From a virus: a DNA stretch of 64,000 bases. The DNA lies in IMG/VR virus record IMGVR_UViG_3300047160_020099, positions 1-64,000 of that record. One strand, written 5' to 3'. A program made the translations under genes and the position numbers. Below are positions 26,935 through 34,968 of the stretch, piece after piece. The notes under the pieces were generated by a model that saw only the letters and a list, made by a program, of their open reading frames with translations, did not search any database and had not been told where the DNA came from. The stretch's first letter is position 1. Each line of letters opens with the position of its first letter.

Positions 26935-27393
26935 ATGTCACAGGCTTCGGAACGAACGGCAACCCGACGGGAAAAGTTAGCGGCAGCCGGCCTTTGCACA
27001 GACAGCTGTGGCCGCATGGCTATCCCAGGTGAGGTTAGGTGTTCGATCTGCAAGGACAAGAACATTGCGAGAAATTTGGCACTTCGTGCTGCTTTGAAAG
27101 CTGATGTCATTCAGCATTACGGTGGCCCGACCTGTGCCTGTTGTCTCGAAACTTTCGATCTGTGTTTCTTGTCGATCGATCACGTTCACGGCGGCGGCAG
27201 AGAGCACCGGAAGGAAATTGGGGGTGGTGGTCACAAGACATACAAATGGCTGAAAGACCACAATTATCCCGACGGTTTCCAGGTTCTTTGCCACAACTGT
27301 AACCAAGCCAAGGGCATGAGAGGCGAGTGCCCGCATAAGCAACAGCAGACGGAACTGCTGAAGAAACTGGCAACGATTCCGCTCGAATATTGA
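26935..27393 (+). CDS. HNH homing endonuclease (paralog of 15476)
   Basis: YGGPTCACCLE...LSIDHVH...FQVLCHNCN. Confidence 0.85.
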   Translation: MSQASERTATRREKLAAAGLCTDSCGRMAIPGEVRCSICKDKNIARNLALRAALKADVIQHYGGPTCACCLETFDLCFLSIDHVHGGGREHRKEIGGGGHKTYKWLKDHNYPDGFQVLCHNCNQAKGMRGECPHKQQQTELLKKLATIPLEY

Positions 27394-27408
27394 GACAAGG
27401 AGGATCTC

Positions 27409-28002
27409 ATGCCTTCCACTCCTGGACAGATGTTTACGAATCTCTTGAACCCCGCCAAGGGCTGGCCGAATCCCGTTGCGCTCGACTACCGCGCGAAGGT
27501 GGATGCCACGGTTCTCTACAACATGGTGGCTGGCCAAGCCGCCCACCTGAACGCCACAACCGGCAACACCCTTCTGCCTGGTGTCGTGAACAACCAGATG
27601 GGCTTGTTCCTCTTCCAGGGTGTGAACGAGCTCGACACGAACAACGCTGTCGGCACCGCTGGTGGCATCACGCAGTGGATCCCCATCAACCCGGTCGGCT
27701 GGATCATGTGTCTGGTCGCGAAGGGTCCGTACGAGCTCGAAACGACCGAGTTCGACTCGACACAGACCTATACAGCGAATCAGCCGCTGCGTGCTCCGAC
27801 GGGTGTGGCTGCCAACTCCTATCCGGGTTCCGGCCAGCTGACCAACCAGAGCGTGACCATGGCCTCGCAGACCAACACTCCGCAGTCGAGCTCGACTGCT
27901 GTCTGTGGCCTGGTCTCCCGCGGCCAGTTCCGCAACTCCTACGGCATGCCTGCCCTGGCGTTCTGGCCGATCTACAACCCAGGACGTTCCGGGGAGACGT
28001 GA
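27409..28002 (+). CDS. Putative capsid decoration/cement protein
   Basis: AAGGAGG RBS; beta-rich, 197 aa; immediately upstream of the MCP. Confidence 0.6.
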   Translation: MPSTPGQMFTNLLNPAKGWPNPVALDYRAKVDATVLYNMVAGQAAHLNATTGNTLLPGVVNNQMGLFLFQGVNELDTNNAVGTAGGITQWIPINPVGWIMCLVAKGPYELETTEFDSTQTYTANQPLRAPTGVAANSYPGSGQLTNQSVTMASQTNTPQSSSTAVCGLVSRGQFRNSYGMPALAFWPIYNPGRSGET

Positions 28003-28083
28003 GAAACTACCGGCCGCGGCGCCGGGAGTTCCGACGTCGCTTCTTCGAAGGAATCGATTTCATTGCACACGGAGGTGCCTTCA

Positions 28084-29010
28084 ATGGCGACTCAGTCGGA
28101 AACCCGGGTCATCAACGAGACGCTCTTTGAGCAGCTCGGGACGCCCGGTCTGGAAAAGCGAGCCATCGACGCGGTGAATGATTTCACTCGCGTCAAGATG
28201 CGTGAAGACGGTTTCTTCCGTCGCATCATCCCGCCGCTTCAGATCAGCAACGACGATCTGGACCGCCAGGTCGATACGGACAAGCCAGTCAAGGTCGTGG
28301 ACAAGGAGCCCGACTCCCCGGCCGCGATCAGCTTGCCGTTCGCGTCCTTGCCGATCAACATCTACATCAAGGGCCCACGCTACCGCGTCCTGTTCGACCG
28401 CGTCGTTACGCCGCGGTTCACCAAGGACGTCGATGAGCTGCGTACCTGGGTGATGGATATCCGGCAGGTGCTGTCCGACAACGCCATCAAGGACATGCTG
28501 GCCGAGGAGGATTCCAAGTTCCTCACCGCGGTCAACGTCGGCCTTGTCGGCCAGGACACGGTCGTGCCGGCTTCTGGCGTGCCGCAGTGGCAGACCATCA
28601 GCGGTGGCATCACTCGTGATACCTTGCAGGACGCGTTCAAGATCATGCCGCGTACCCCCAGCCATCTGGAGGTTCATACGGTCCTGATCAACAACGTAAC
28701 CATTCGCGAGGTCATGAAGTGGGGCCGCGACGAGATGGGCGGCGACTTCAGCCAGGACCTGGTGAAGAACGGGTGGAGCGAGCAGGAATTCATGAACGCT
28801 CGGTGGATCATCACCATCAAGCGTGACCTGGTTCCTGACGACTCCGTCTACATGTTCAGCGACCCGAAGTTCATCGGGAAGAGCTACCTTCTTGAAGATA
28901 CGACCATGTATATCAAGAGGGAGGCCTTCATGCTTGAGTTCTTCGCCTACGAGACGATGGGCGCGGCGATCGGTAACACGAGCGGGCTCGCTCGTGCCGA
29001 CTTCGTCTGA
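28084..29010 (+). CDS. Major capsid protein (HK97-fold candidate)
   Basis: GGAGG RBS; strongly biased codons; C-terminal EFFAYETMGAAIGNTSGLARADF pattern; follows protease and scaffold; followed by a hairpin. Confidence 0.8.
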   Translation: MATQSETRVINETLFEQLGTPGLEKRAIDAVNDFTRVKMREDGFFRRIIPPLQISNDDLDRQVDTDKPVKVVDKEPDSPAAISLPFASLPINIYIKGPRYRVLFDRVVTPRFTKDVDELRTWVMDIRQVLSDNAIKDMLAEEDSKFLTAVNVGLVGQDTVVPASGVPQWQTISGGITRDTLQDAFKIMPRTPSHLEVHTVLINNVTIREVMKWGRDEMGGDFSQDLVKNGWSEQEFMNARWIITIKRDLVPDDSVYMFSDPKFIGKSYLLEDTTMYIKREAFMLEFFAYETMGAAIGNTSGLARADFV

Positions 29011-29038
29011 TACGCGAGGATTCGACAACTTCCTCTTC

Positions 29039-29070
29039 AACAGGCGGCCTTCGGGCCGCCTGTTCTATTT
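29039..29070 (+). terminator. Terminator after the MCP
   Basis: AACAGGCGGCC-TTCG-GGCCGCCTGTT followed by a T-rich tail. Confidence 0.85.
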
Positions 29071-29113
29071 CTATCTGGCTGCTCTGGTTCGTCTCTCGTG
29101 TTTCTGTTAATAT

Positions 29114-29155
29114 CATCGTTGTTCCTATCTCAGGCCTTGAGGAGTAACAACGATG
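29114..29155 (+). promoter_or_regulatory. Hairpin sequestering the RBS and start codon of an HNH gene
   Basis: CATCGTTGTT pairs with AACAACGATG, which includes the ATG; GAGGAG lies inside the hairpin. Confidence 0.6.
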
Positions 29156-30028
29156 GACGTCGTATCATTCGATCATTCGCAAACCGCACTGATCGCAGCG
29201 AAGCCGACCAAGGAATCCTCCAAACGGAAGAATCGGGAGGCTGGTCTTTGTGCCAATAACAAGGACCACGCACGTCCCACCGGTACACACAGCGAGTGCG
29301 ACGCTTGTTTGAAGCAACGCCGTGACATACTGGCTGAGAAAAAGAGACTTGGTATTTGCAGCCGCTGTACCGAGCCTGTTGAACCCGGCAAGCAGGCGTG
29401 CAAAAAGCACCTGAAGATACGCAGAGACAAGAAACAGACCTACAAGCAACGGGGACTTTGTACTGACTGCGGGCTTAGGCAAGCACGACCTAACAAGGTG
29501 AAGTGCAAAATATGCAGTGACATCAATAAGAAGCTTCTGCGGGAAGGTCGTGACAAGCTCCGGCTAGAAACGTTTAAGGCTTACGGTGGCGCTTTCTGTT
29601 GCTGCTGTTACGACACGGAACTAACGGTTCTCACCCTCGATCACATCTTCAATAACGGGAATGCCCATCGACGGGAAATTGACAAGAAGGGCCGTGGCGG
29701 TGGCGCCAAGTTCTACAGCTACCTCCAGAAGCGCGGTTATCCCGACCGCGACAAGTACCAGGTTCTCTGCTTTTCCTGCAACGTAAGCAAATACCGTAAT
29801 CACGGTTGTTGCCACCACGCTGCCTGGCCACCCGAAAAGCTTGAGGCTCTCCGGCGACTCCACCGGTGCATGGAATCGCCGGTGACCATAATCGAGCCGC
29901 GGCAGTATTGGAATACTGGCACGGCGTTTGCAGCTGCTTGCGACTCCATGGTGCTGCCGGACTATGCGACCGACAAGGAGCTGGTCCCTGCGATCTACGA
30001 ACTAGCTGTTTCTTTCGACTTGTTCTGA
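29153..30028 (+). CDS. HNH homing endonuclease with three N-terminal Cys repeats
   Basis: YGGAFCCCC...LTLDHIF...YQVLCFSCN. Confidence 0.85.
   Translation: MDVVSFDHSQTALIAAKPTKESSKRKNREAGLCANNKDHARPTGTHSECDACLKQRRDILAEKKRLGICSRCTEPVEPGKQACKKHLKIRRDKKQTYKQRGLCTDCGLRQARPNKVKCKICSDINKKLLREGRDKLRLETFKAYGGAFCCCCYDTELTVLTLDHIFNNGNAHRREIDKKGRGGGAKFYSYLQKRGYPDRDKYQVLCFSCNVSKYRNHGCCHHAAWPPEKLEALRRLHRCMESPVTIIEPRQYWNTGTAFAAACDSMVLPDYATDKELVPAIYELAVSFDLF
29904..29917. promoter_or_regulatory. Palindrome copy 5 (intragenic)
   Basis: C-AGTATTGGAATACT-G. Confidence 0.7.
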
Positions 30029-30050
30029 TAACCCTTAACAGTGTCCTCTC

Positions 30051-30082
30051 AAAGGCCTGCCAACAACTGGCAGGCCTTTTTT
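30051..30082 (+). terminator. Intrinsic terminator
   Basis: AAAGGCCTGCCA/TGGCAGGCCTTT followed by a T run. Confidence 0.85.
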
Positions 30083-30086
30083 CGTC

Positions 30087-30120
30087 TAAATTTCTACCAT
30101 TTATGTGGCATAAATAGATG
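30087..30120 (+). promoter_or_regulatory. Phage promoter-like motif P5
   Basis: TAAA-N14-GTGGCATAAATAGATG. Confidence 0.7.
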
Positions 30121-30152
30121 AACCAACCCTACCCTCTTTCCAGGAGTCTCAC

Positions 30153-30572
30153 ATGAACGTTGGGCTGCCCAACAGTCGGAACGCCGAAAACATCGCGCTG
30201 GATTTCGTGCGATTCCTGGCCAGGGCGGAATACCCGCCGGCCATACCCAACCCAGCGATCCATGACAGTATTCAGCCGGGGCCGATCTACTGCGGCTCCG
30301 GCCTCGACATCGTCTGGTACCTCTTCTGCTTGGGGGACGAAGAGCCCTTCTGGATTCGTGACGACGTGCGTGTCGTCAGGGTAGGCAAGGATGCCTGCCT
30401 CAAGAACCTCCAGACGATTCCGCCCCCGCGACTGCACGCGGTGATCGCCAATGGCGGTACCACCGCGCTGACGTGGGCGCTGGCACGGTTGGCGTTCGCC
30501 ACCGAGCCCCAGCCGCACGTCTACAACGTCCAGCAGGACGGGGTCACGGAACTGTCACCGTACCCGTCCTAA
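30153..30572 (+). CDS. Hypothetical protein
   Basis: AGGAG RBS; 139 aa; single-gene unit between P5 and a hairpin. Confidence 0.7.
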   Translation: MNVGLPNSRNAENIALDFVRFLARAEYPPAIPNPAIHDSIQPGPIYCGSGLDIVWYLFCLGDEEPFWIRDDVRVVRVGKDACLKNLQTIPPPRLHAVIANGGTTALTWALARLAFATEPQPHVYNVQQDGVTELSPYPS

Positions 30573-30586
30573 CCCACTAGTTCGAC

Positions 30587-30616
30587 AGGCCCTCCCCACC
30601 TCTTCGGGGAGGGCCT
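30587..30616 (+). terminator. Hairpin, probable terminator
   Basis: AGGCCCTCCCC/GGGGAGGGCCT, 11-bp stem. Confidence 0.65.
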
Positions 30617-30650
30617 TAAATTTACTCATCATTTGCGGCATTATTCAATG
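30617..30650 (+). promoter_or_regulatory. Phage promoter-like motif P6
   Basis: TAAA-N14-GCGGCATTATTCAATG. Confidence 0.7.
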
Positions 30651-30703
30651 GACTTGCTTACTCGCGTAAGCAGGCCCGCGGTTCTTTTAGGTAGGAGGTT
30701 TGG

Positions 30704-31336
30704 ATGTACGCGAATACTGTGGCAGCGCGAAAGGTTGCAGGACTTTGTATCGAGACCGCTTGCGGAAGGCCGTGCGACGGCACAAAACTGAGGTGCAAGG
30801 AACATCTGGAAGCTGCGCGTAAACATGACAGGGCGCGCTACGCGGCAAGAAAGGCCGCTGGAAAATGCGTGCAGTGCGGCCGTCGTCCTGCAACGTCGGG
30901 TTATGTCCGGTGTGCAGTATGCCGTGTTAGTCACAACGCGATTGATGAAGAACACCGCCGTTACTGCAAAGAACAGCGCTTGTGTTCGCGCTGCCCGTGG
31001 GATCATCCCGAGCCAATCTGCGACGAAAGCGTGGTGTTCTGCGCGAAACACTTGCTCGAAGAAAAGGAGACAGGACAGCTGCGAGCCCGGCCCAGCAAAC
31101 AACCACGCCACGAAACACGCAGCACGCACGCTCGCCCGCCCGAGGAGTACGTCGCCCCCGCGCGGATTGAGGTCGGTTCCACTTGTGAAGAGGAGCCATA
31201 CCCACAGTATCCAGACGGTTACCTCAACAACCGCGGAAAGAGCATGACGCTGGGGCTGCGTCGCTGGGATGGTCGGCTGGGAACCAGAGGAGATGATGTC
31301 AACAGTGCCTCTTTTCCGATTGGAGACCATGAATGA
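30704..31336 (+). CDS. Cys/His repeat (zinc-finger-like) protein, paralog A
   Basis: Three GLC..C..CxxH/C units, no HNH core; AGGAGG RBS. Confidence 0.7.
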   Translation: MYANTVAARKVAGLCIETACGRPCDGTKLRCKEHLEAARKHDRARYAARKAAGKCVQCGRRPATSGYVRCAVCRVSHNAIDEEHRRYCKEQRLCSRCPWDHPEPICDESVVFCAKHLLEEKETGQLRARPSKQPRHETRSTHARPPEEYVAPARIEVGSTCEEEPYPQYPDGYLNNRGKSMTLGLRRWDGRLGTRGDDVNSASFPIGDHE

Positions 31337-31875
31337 GACAAAACTGTCGGACGCGTTACGAAGCTGGGCTGTGCATAATGGCCACCTGCGGAAAGCCGCG
31401 TGACGGTACCAGTCCGATGTGCAAAGAACACAACGAACAGAAGAAGTGCAAGGCCAGGGAACGATACGCCAGGCGAAAGGCTGCTGGTCTCTGTGCAACA
31501 TGCAAGAAGCGGGCAACGCCGGGTTTCAGCAGATGTCGTGAGTGCCTTGATCGCAACATCGAAGAAGCGTTGAAGCACTACCACGACTGCATAGCTCGTG
31601 GCGTGTGCCCGCTGTGTCCGAGAGCTAACCCGAAACCACACTGTGCCGGTAGTAAGGTATACTGCGAGGCTCACTGGCAGAAAGTCAGGAAAGAGGACAC
31701 ACGTCGCCGTCGGCAAACGCGGCCCAGGATACGACATACCAGCCCTGCCGTGCTGGCTGAAGCCAGCACGCCTCACGAAGAGGGAATGTACCCCGAATAC
31801 CCAACCGGCTACCTCAACCAGCCAGGTTTCGCTCTGCCCGGTCAGTGGGACGAACGACTGTTCCAAAGGAGGTGA
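31333..31875 (+). CDS. Cys/His repeat (zinc-finger-like) protein, paralog B
   Basis: Same three units; shares ARxRYAxRKAAGxC and YPxYPxGYLN with paralog A. Confidence 0.7.
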   Translation: MRQNCRTRYEAGLCIMATCGKPRDGTSPMCKEHNEQKKCKARERYARRKAAGLCATCKKRATPGFSRCRECLDRNIEEALKHYHDCIARGVCPLCPRANPKPHCAGSKVYCEAHWQKVRKEDTRRRRQTRPRIRHTSPAVLAEASTPHEEGMYPEYPTGYLNQPGFALPGQWDERLFQRR

Positions 31876-31910
31876 TGCCGGCTGACACTACCAACAATCC
31901 CGTTGCTACG

Positions 31911-31950
31911 AGGCCCTGCCGGGCACAAACCGGCAGGGCCTTTTCTCTTT
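31911..31950 (+). terminator. Intrinsic terminator
   Basis: AGGCCCTGCCGG/CCGGCAGGGCCT followed by TTTCTCTTT. Confidence 0.8.
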
Positions 31951-31965
31951 CAAAAGGAGATCCCG

Positions 31966-32226
31966 ATGCGTATTCTGTTTCTCGCTATCATCGTCCTGCT
32001 GCTCTCCGGCTGTGCCATGTCGCCTGAAGAGCGGCAAAAGTTCATGCGGGAAAACCCACCACAACTCGTTGGCGAGCAAGACGGCGTCAAGCTGTGGCAC
32101 GCCCTGGTGCCACTCAAGTACGGCGGCACCCAGGACGTTTTCTTCACCACTCCGGGCGGTGCCACCAACTGGCGGGAAAAGCAAGGAAAGGTGTGGGTAG
32201 AGAAGGGCGTTCCCGGTACTCCGTAA
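31966..32226 (+). CDS. Putative lipoprotein
   Basis: MRILFLAIIVLLLSGC lipobox; AAGGAG RBS. Confidence 0.75.
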   Translation: MRILFLAIIVLLLSGCAMSPEERQKFMRENPPQLVGEQDGVKLWHALVPLKYGGTQDVFFTTPGGATNWREKQGKVWVEKGVPGTP

Positions 32227-32231
32227 CCGGC

Positions 32232-32265
32232 TAAATTCCAATCACTTTGGTGGCATTCTTCAGTG
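32232..32265 (+). promoter_or_regulatory. Phage promoter-like motif P7
   Basis: TAAA-N14-GTGGCATTCTTCAGTG. Confidence 0.7.
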
Positions 32266-32296
32266 GAGGATCCTTTCCCCACACAAGGAGGTTCGT

Positions 32297-32584
32297 ATGG
32301 AGGCGAAGTTGATTGTGCCGTATCTCGACCGGGACGGTCGGGTACAGCACCTCATGAAGCGAGTGCCGCTTGCCCTGCGGCCGTGCTGTGGTTCAGAAGT
32401 AGCGCTGGAGCCTGAACAGCGAGACCGTTCGCCGATAGCCTGCGTCAAGGCTATCAAGTATGACTGCTGTGGCTGTCTCTTGATCTACTTCAACGTGGTA
32501 AAGCCTGGCTCCGGCTGGTTCGGGATCTCCCACGAGGCCTTCCAGAAGGCGATGGCTTCGTGGTCCCGGGTGGTCCTCGTGTGA
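32297..32584 (+). CDS. Hypothetical Cys-containing protein
   Basis: AAGGAGGT RBS; 95 aa. Confidence 0.7.
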   Translation: MEAKLIVPYLDRDGRVQHLMKRVPLALRPCCGSEVALEPEQRDRSPIACVKAIKYDCCGCLLIYFNVVKPGSGWFGISHEAFQKAMASWSRVVLV

Positions 32585-32598
32585 GAAGTGAAGTGATC

Positions 32599-32635
32599 GG
32601 TTCTCCTCGTCAAAGCGACGAGGAGAGCCTTTTTT
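32599..32635 (+). terminator. Intrinsic terminator
   Basis: GGTTCTCCTCGTC/GACGAGGAGAGCC followed by T6. Confidence 0.85.
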
Positions 32636-32643
32636 CTAGCTGT

Positions 32644-32677
32644 TAAAAAACGACAAGAGCGGTGGCATTATTAGATG
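32644..32677 (+). promoter_or_regulatory. Phage promoter-like motif P8
   Basis: TAAA-N14-GTGGCATTATTAGATG. Confidence 0.7.
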
Positions 32678-32744
32678 ACATGCCAAGTATATAACGTTTG
32701 TCGCAGTATGGTGGTGTCAGTAATTAGCTATCGGCAGGAGGACC

Positions 32745-33155
32745 ATGAAAGCAACAGTATTCCAATACTTCGATCTTCACGCTGCCAGTCTGGACCGTCC
32801 TGTCGCAGCAGATTGGCTTGAGGATCAGGGCTGGTACCCCATTGAGGCGGCAGCATTGAGAGGCAAGCTAGACTTGCCTGCGGAACCACATTCCTGTGAA
32901 GAAACAGACCCTGACAGTATGGCTAGCGTGTATGCCTATCACGGCAATGGCGTTGGTGGCCTGGACGTGAATTTTAGCGGTGGTTGCGACCGGTCCATAA
33001 TTGAACACAAAGGTGCCGTGTCTACAAACGGCATAAGCGGACAGCAAGGCGGCATTGCTGACGGAGCTCAAGGCTACGACATTTACGATGCCGATGATGA
33101 TGCGGGAAATGCGGGCGATGAGACACCGGCCTGGCGTCCTGCGGCCGGCTGTTAG
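32745..33155 (+). CDS. Hypothetical protein with ADWLEDQG motif and Gly/Asp tail (paralog 1)
   Basis: AGGAGG RBS; similar to the ORF at 33517; palindrome copy 6 at 32756-32769. Confidence 0.7.
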   Translation: MKATVFQYFDLHAASLDRPVAADWLEDQGWYPIEAAALRGKLDLPAEPHSCEETDPDSMASVYAYHGNGVGGLDVNFSGGCDRSIIEHKGAVSTNGISGQQGGIADGAQGYDIYDADDDAGNAGDETPAWRPAAGC

Positions 33156-33178
33156 TGGTATTGAAATGAGGAGGAGAA

Positions 33179-33529
33179 ATGATAGGCGAATTCGTCCTAA
33201 TTAGAACGTACTCAGCTGGCGTACACATGGGTACGCTGGTCAGTTGTAATGGCACCGCGGTTTTGCTGGAAGCACCCGAGCTGCACATCAAAGACCCAAA
33301 GGAACGGGCCGCAGCGATGGCCAGGAATCCAGACAAGAAGGGGTGGCCCCGTCGGCTATGGCGGTGGCGTGGGGCAAACACTTTGCACGAGGTATCGCTA
33401 TACGGTATCGAGCCTGGCTCACGCATCAGCGAGCCGATCGAGCAGATCCTGCTGACTCAGGCCATCGAGGTCCTGGTGCCCACGGAAAAGGCTCGGGAGA
33501 CGTTGGAAGTTTCGGCATGGCCAGATTGA
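33179..33529 (+). CDS. Conserved phage hypothetical protein
   Basis: IRTYSAGVHMG..RRLWRW.G..TLHEVSLYG pattern; GAGGAG RBS. Confidence 0.75.
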   Translation: MIGEFVLIRTYSAGVHMGTLVSCNGTAVLLEAPELHIKDPKERAAAMARNPDKKGWPRRLWRWRGANTLHEVSLYGIEPGSRISEPIEQILLTQAIEVLVPTEKARETLEVSAWPD

Positions 33530-33909
33530 TAGTATTCGAATACTTCGACCTTCATGCAGGCAGCATTGACTGGCCTATTGCTGCCGACTGGTTCGAGGAC
33601 CGCTACCCTGACCCTGTTCAACCAGCGGCCTTGCGTATCGCTCTTTTTCTTCCAGATCATATCAAGATGGCCATCCAGCACCACGATGAACGGGCGAGTG
33701 GTTCGGCCTGTGGCGCCGGTACAGGAAACGGTCGCGGTCATGCGGCCGGACCTGCGGCCAGTGGTGGCACATACGCTTGGGCCAATTCTTGTGGTACGGG
33801 TGACGGTGCTGGCCACATAGGCCTGGCCGGGTATGTTTATGGCGGTGGTACAGGCGACGGCAGCTCAGAAGGTGCCGACGACTCTGATATCCCACCCGGA
33901 GCTTTTTAA
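33517..33909 (+). CDS. Hypothetical protein with ADWFED motif and GxG tail (paralog 2)
   Basis: MARLIVFEYFDLHAGSIDWPIAADWFED aligns with the ORF at 32745; palindrome copy 7 at 33531-33544. Confidence 0.7.
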   Translation: MARLIVFEYFDLHAGSIDWPIAADWFEDRYPDPVQPAALRIALFLPDHIKMAIQHHDERASGSACGAGTGNGRGHAAGPAASGGTYAWANSCGTGDGAGHIGLAGYVYGGGTGDGSSEGADDSDIPPGAF

Positions 33910-33951
33910 GTAAGATGAGTTTCGTTCCTGTCCTATTTGGAGGGCCACATC

Positions 33952-34401
33952 ATGCCGAAGACCAAGATCACTGACGACGACGTTCTGCACGTGCTGAACG
34001 AAGCCGGATTGGATGCCGAGGACATCACGGCCTTTCGGATGGCCCGGCACCTCCTGTCGCACGGCGTGCCGGCCTGCTGTGTGTATTACCACATGGCCCT
34101 GGACACGGAAGTGCCTTCCCCGTCCGCCGAGCTGATCAACGAGCTGATGGCTGACAGCGGGCTGCTGGGGGCCTATGCCAACTGTACATTGGCCTCGTTC
34201 GCCCACGCGAACCGAGCACGTATTCTGGCCAAGAAGGCCCACGTCAACCTGCGGTATGTGCCCTGCCCCGCCTGTGTGCTGACGCGCAAGTTCGTCCGTC
34301 TGCCAAAGGGTTGTGGCTGCTGTCTGGACCGGAAGAAGCATCCCGGCACTGACTGCGACCCGCCTCCTGACGACACGACGGAGAAGGCTTCGACAGAATG
34401 A
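33952..34401 (+). CDS. Hypothetical Cys-rich protein
   Basis: GGAGG RBS; CPAC and CGCC motifs. Confidence 0.65.
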   Translation: MPKTKITDDDVLHVLNEAGLDAEDITAFRMARHLLSHGVPACCVYYHMALDTEVPSPSAELINELMADSGLLGAYANCTLASFAHANRARILAKKAHVNLRYVPCPACVLTRKFVRLPKGCGCCLDRKKHPGTDCDPPPDDTTEKASTE

Positions 34402-34407
34402 TCTGAT

Positions 34408-34436
34408 TTGCGTGGTCCAGGGACGTCTGCCATAAT
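34408..34436 (+). promoter_or_regulatory. Putative sigma70-type promoter
   Basis: TTGCGT-N17-CATAAT with TGn extension. Confidence 0.5.
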
Positions 34437-34469
34437 GCTGGCAGACGTCCCTCTTACGGAGATTTGTGA

Positions 34470-34919
34470 ATGAAGACCCTGAAGCTCTTCGGACTCGCCC
34501 TGCTTCTGGCGTTGATTCCGACCGTGAGTCGTGCAGGTTGTGGGTATGGCTACGGATACAGCTCGTATTACCCGAGCTACTCCTATTCCTACCCGAGTTA
34601 CTCTTACCCAAGCTACTCTTACCCGAGTGTCTACTACCCGCCCTACGTTGCTTACCCAAGCTACTACCCGGCGACACTCGGCCAGCCACAACTCGGGCTT
34701 GGTGGCTTGAACAGTCTCGCCCAGCTTCAGCAACTTGCTGGGTTGGGAACCGCCGGAACTGACTTGCAGCAGTTGCAATTGATCCTTCAGCTCAAGCAGC
34801 TGTTGGGGCAGCAACAGACGACCCAGCAGCAAGTTCCGCCGGCGCCGGGTCCCATTCCTCAGCTGACTGCCGAGGAAGTTACTCGCCTGCGAGCCATCTT
34901 GCAGGGCGGGCTCAAGTGA
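34470..34919 (+). CDS. Secreted Tyr/Ser/Pro-repeat protein
   Basis: Signal peptide MKTLKLFGLALLLALIPTVSRA; YPSYS repeats; Gln/Leu-rich tail. Confidence 0.7.
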   Translation: MKTLKLFGLALLLALIPTVSRAGCGYGYGYSSYYPSYSYSYPSYSYPSYSYPSVYYPPYVAYPSYYPATLGQPQLGLGGLNSLAQLQQLAGLGTAGTDLQQLQLILQLKQLLGQQQTTQQQVPPAPGPIPQLTAEEVTRLRAILQGGLK

Positions 34920-34968
34920 ACAAGTTGTTCACAGGTGAACAGGCTCAATATTGAGGAAGGAACCTCTC

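Noticed and set aside
24894-29040. Minus-strand ORFs 24894-26324 and 28081-29040
   Set aside because: Codon-bias shadows of the scaffold and MCP; no RBS or motif support.
12417-32677. Canonical sigma28 promoter or dif site
   Set aside because: The downstream element is GTGKCAY rather than GCCGATAA, and there is no XerD-type TTATGTTAAAT arm; reported as a distinct motif.
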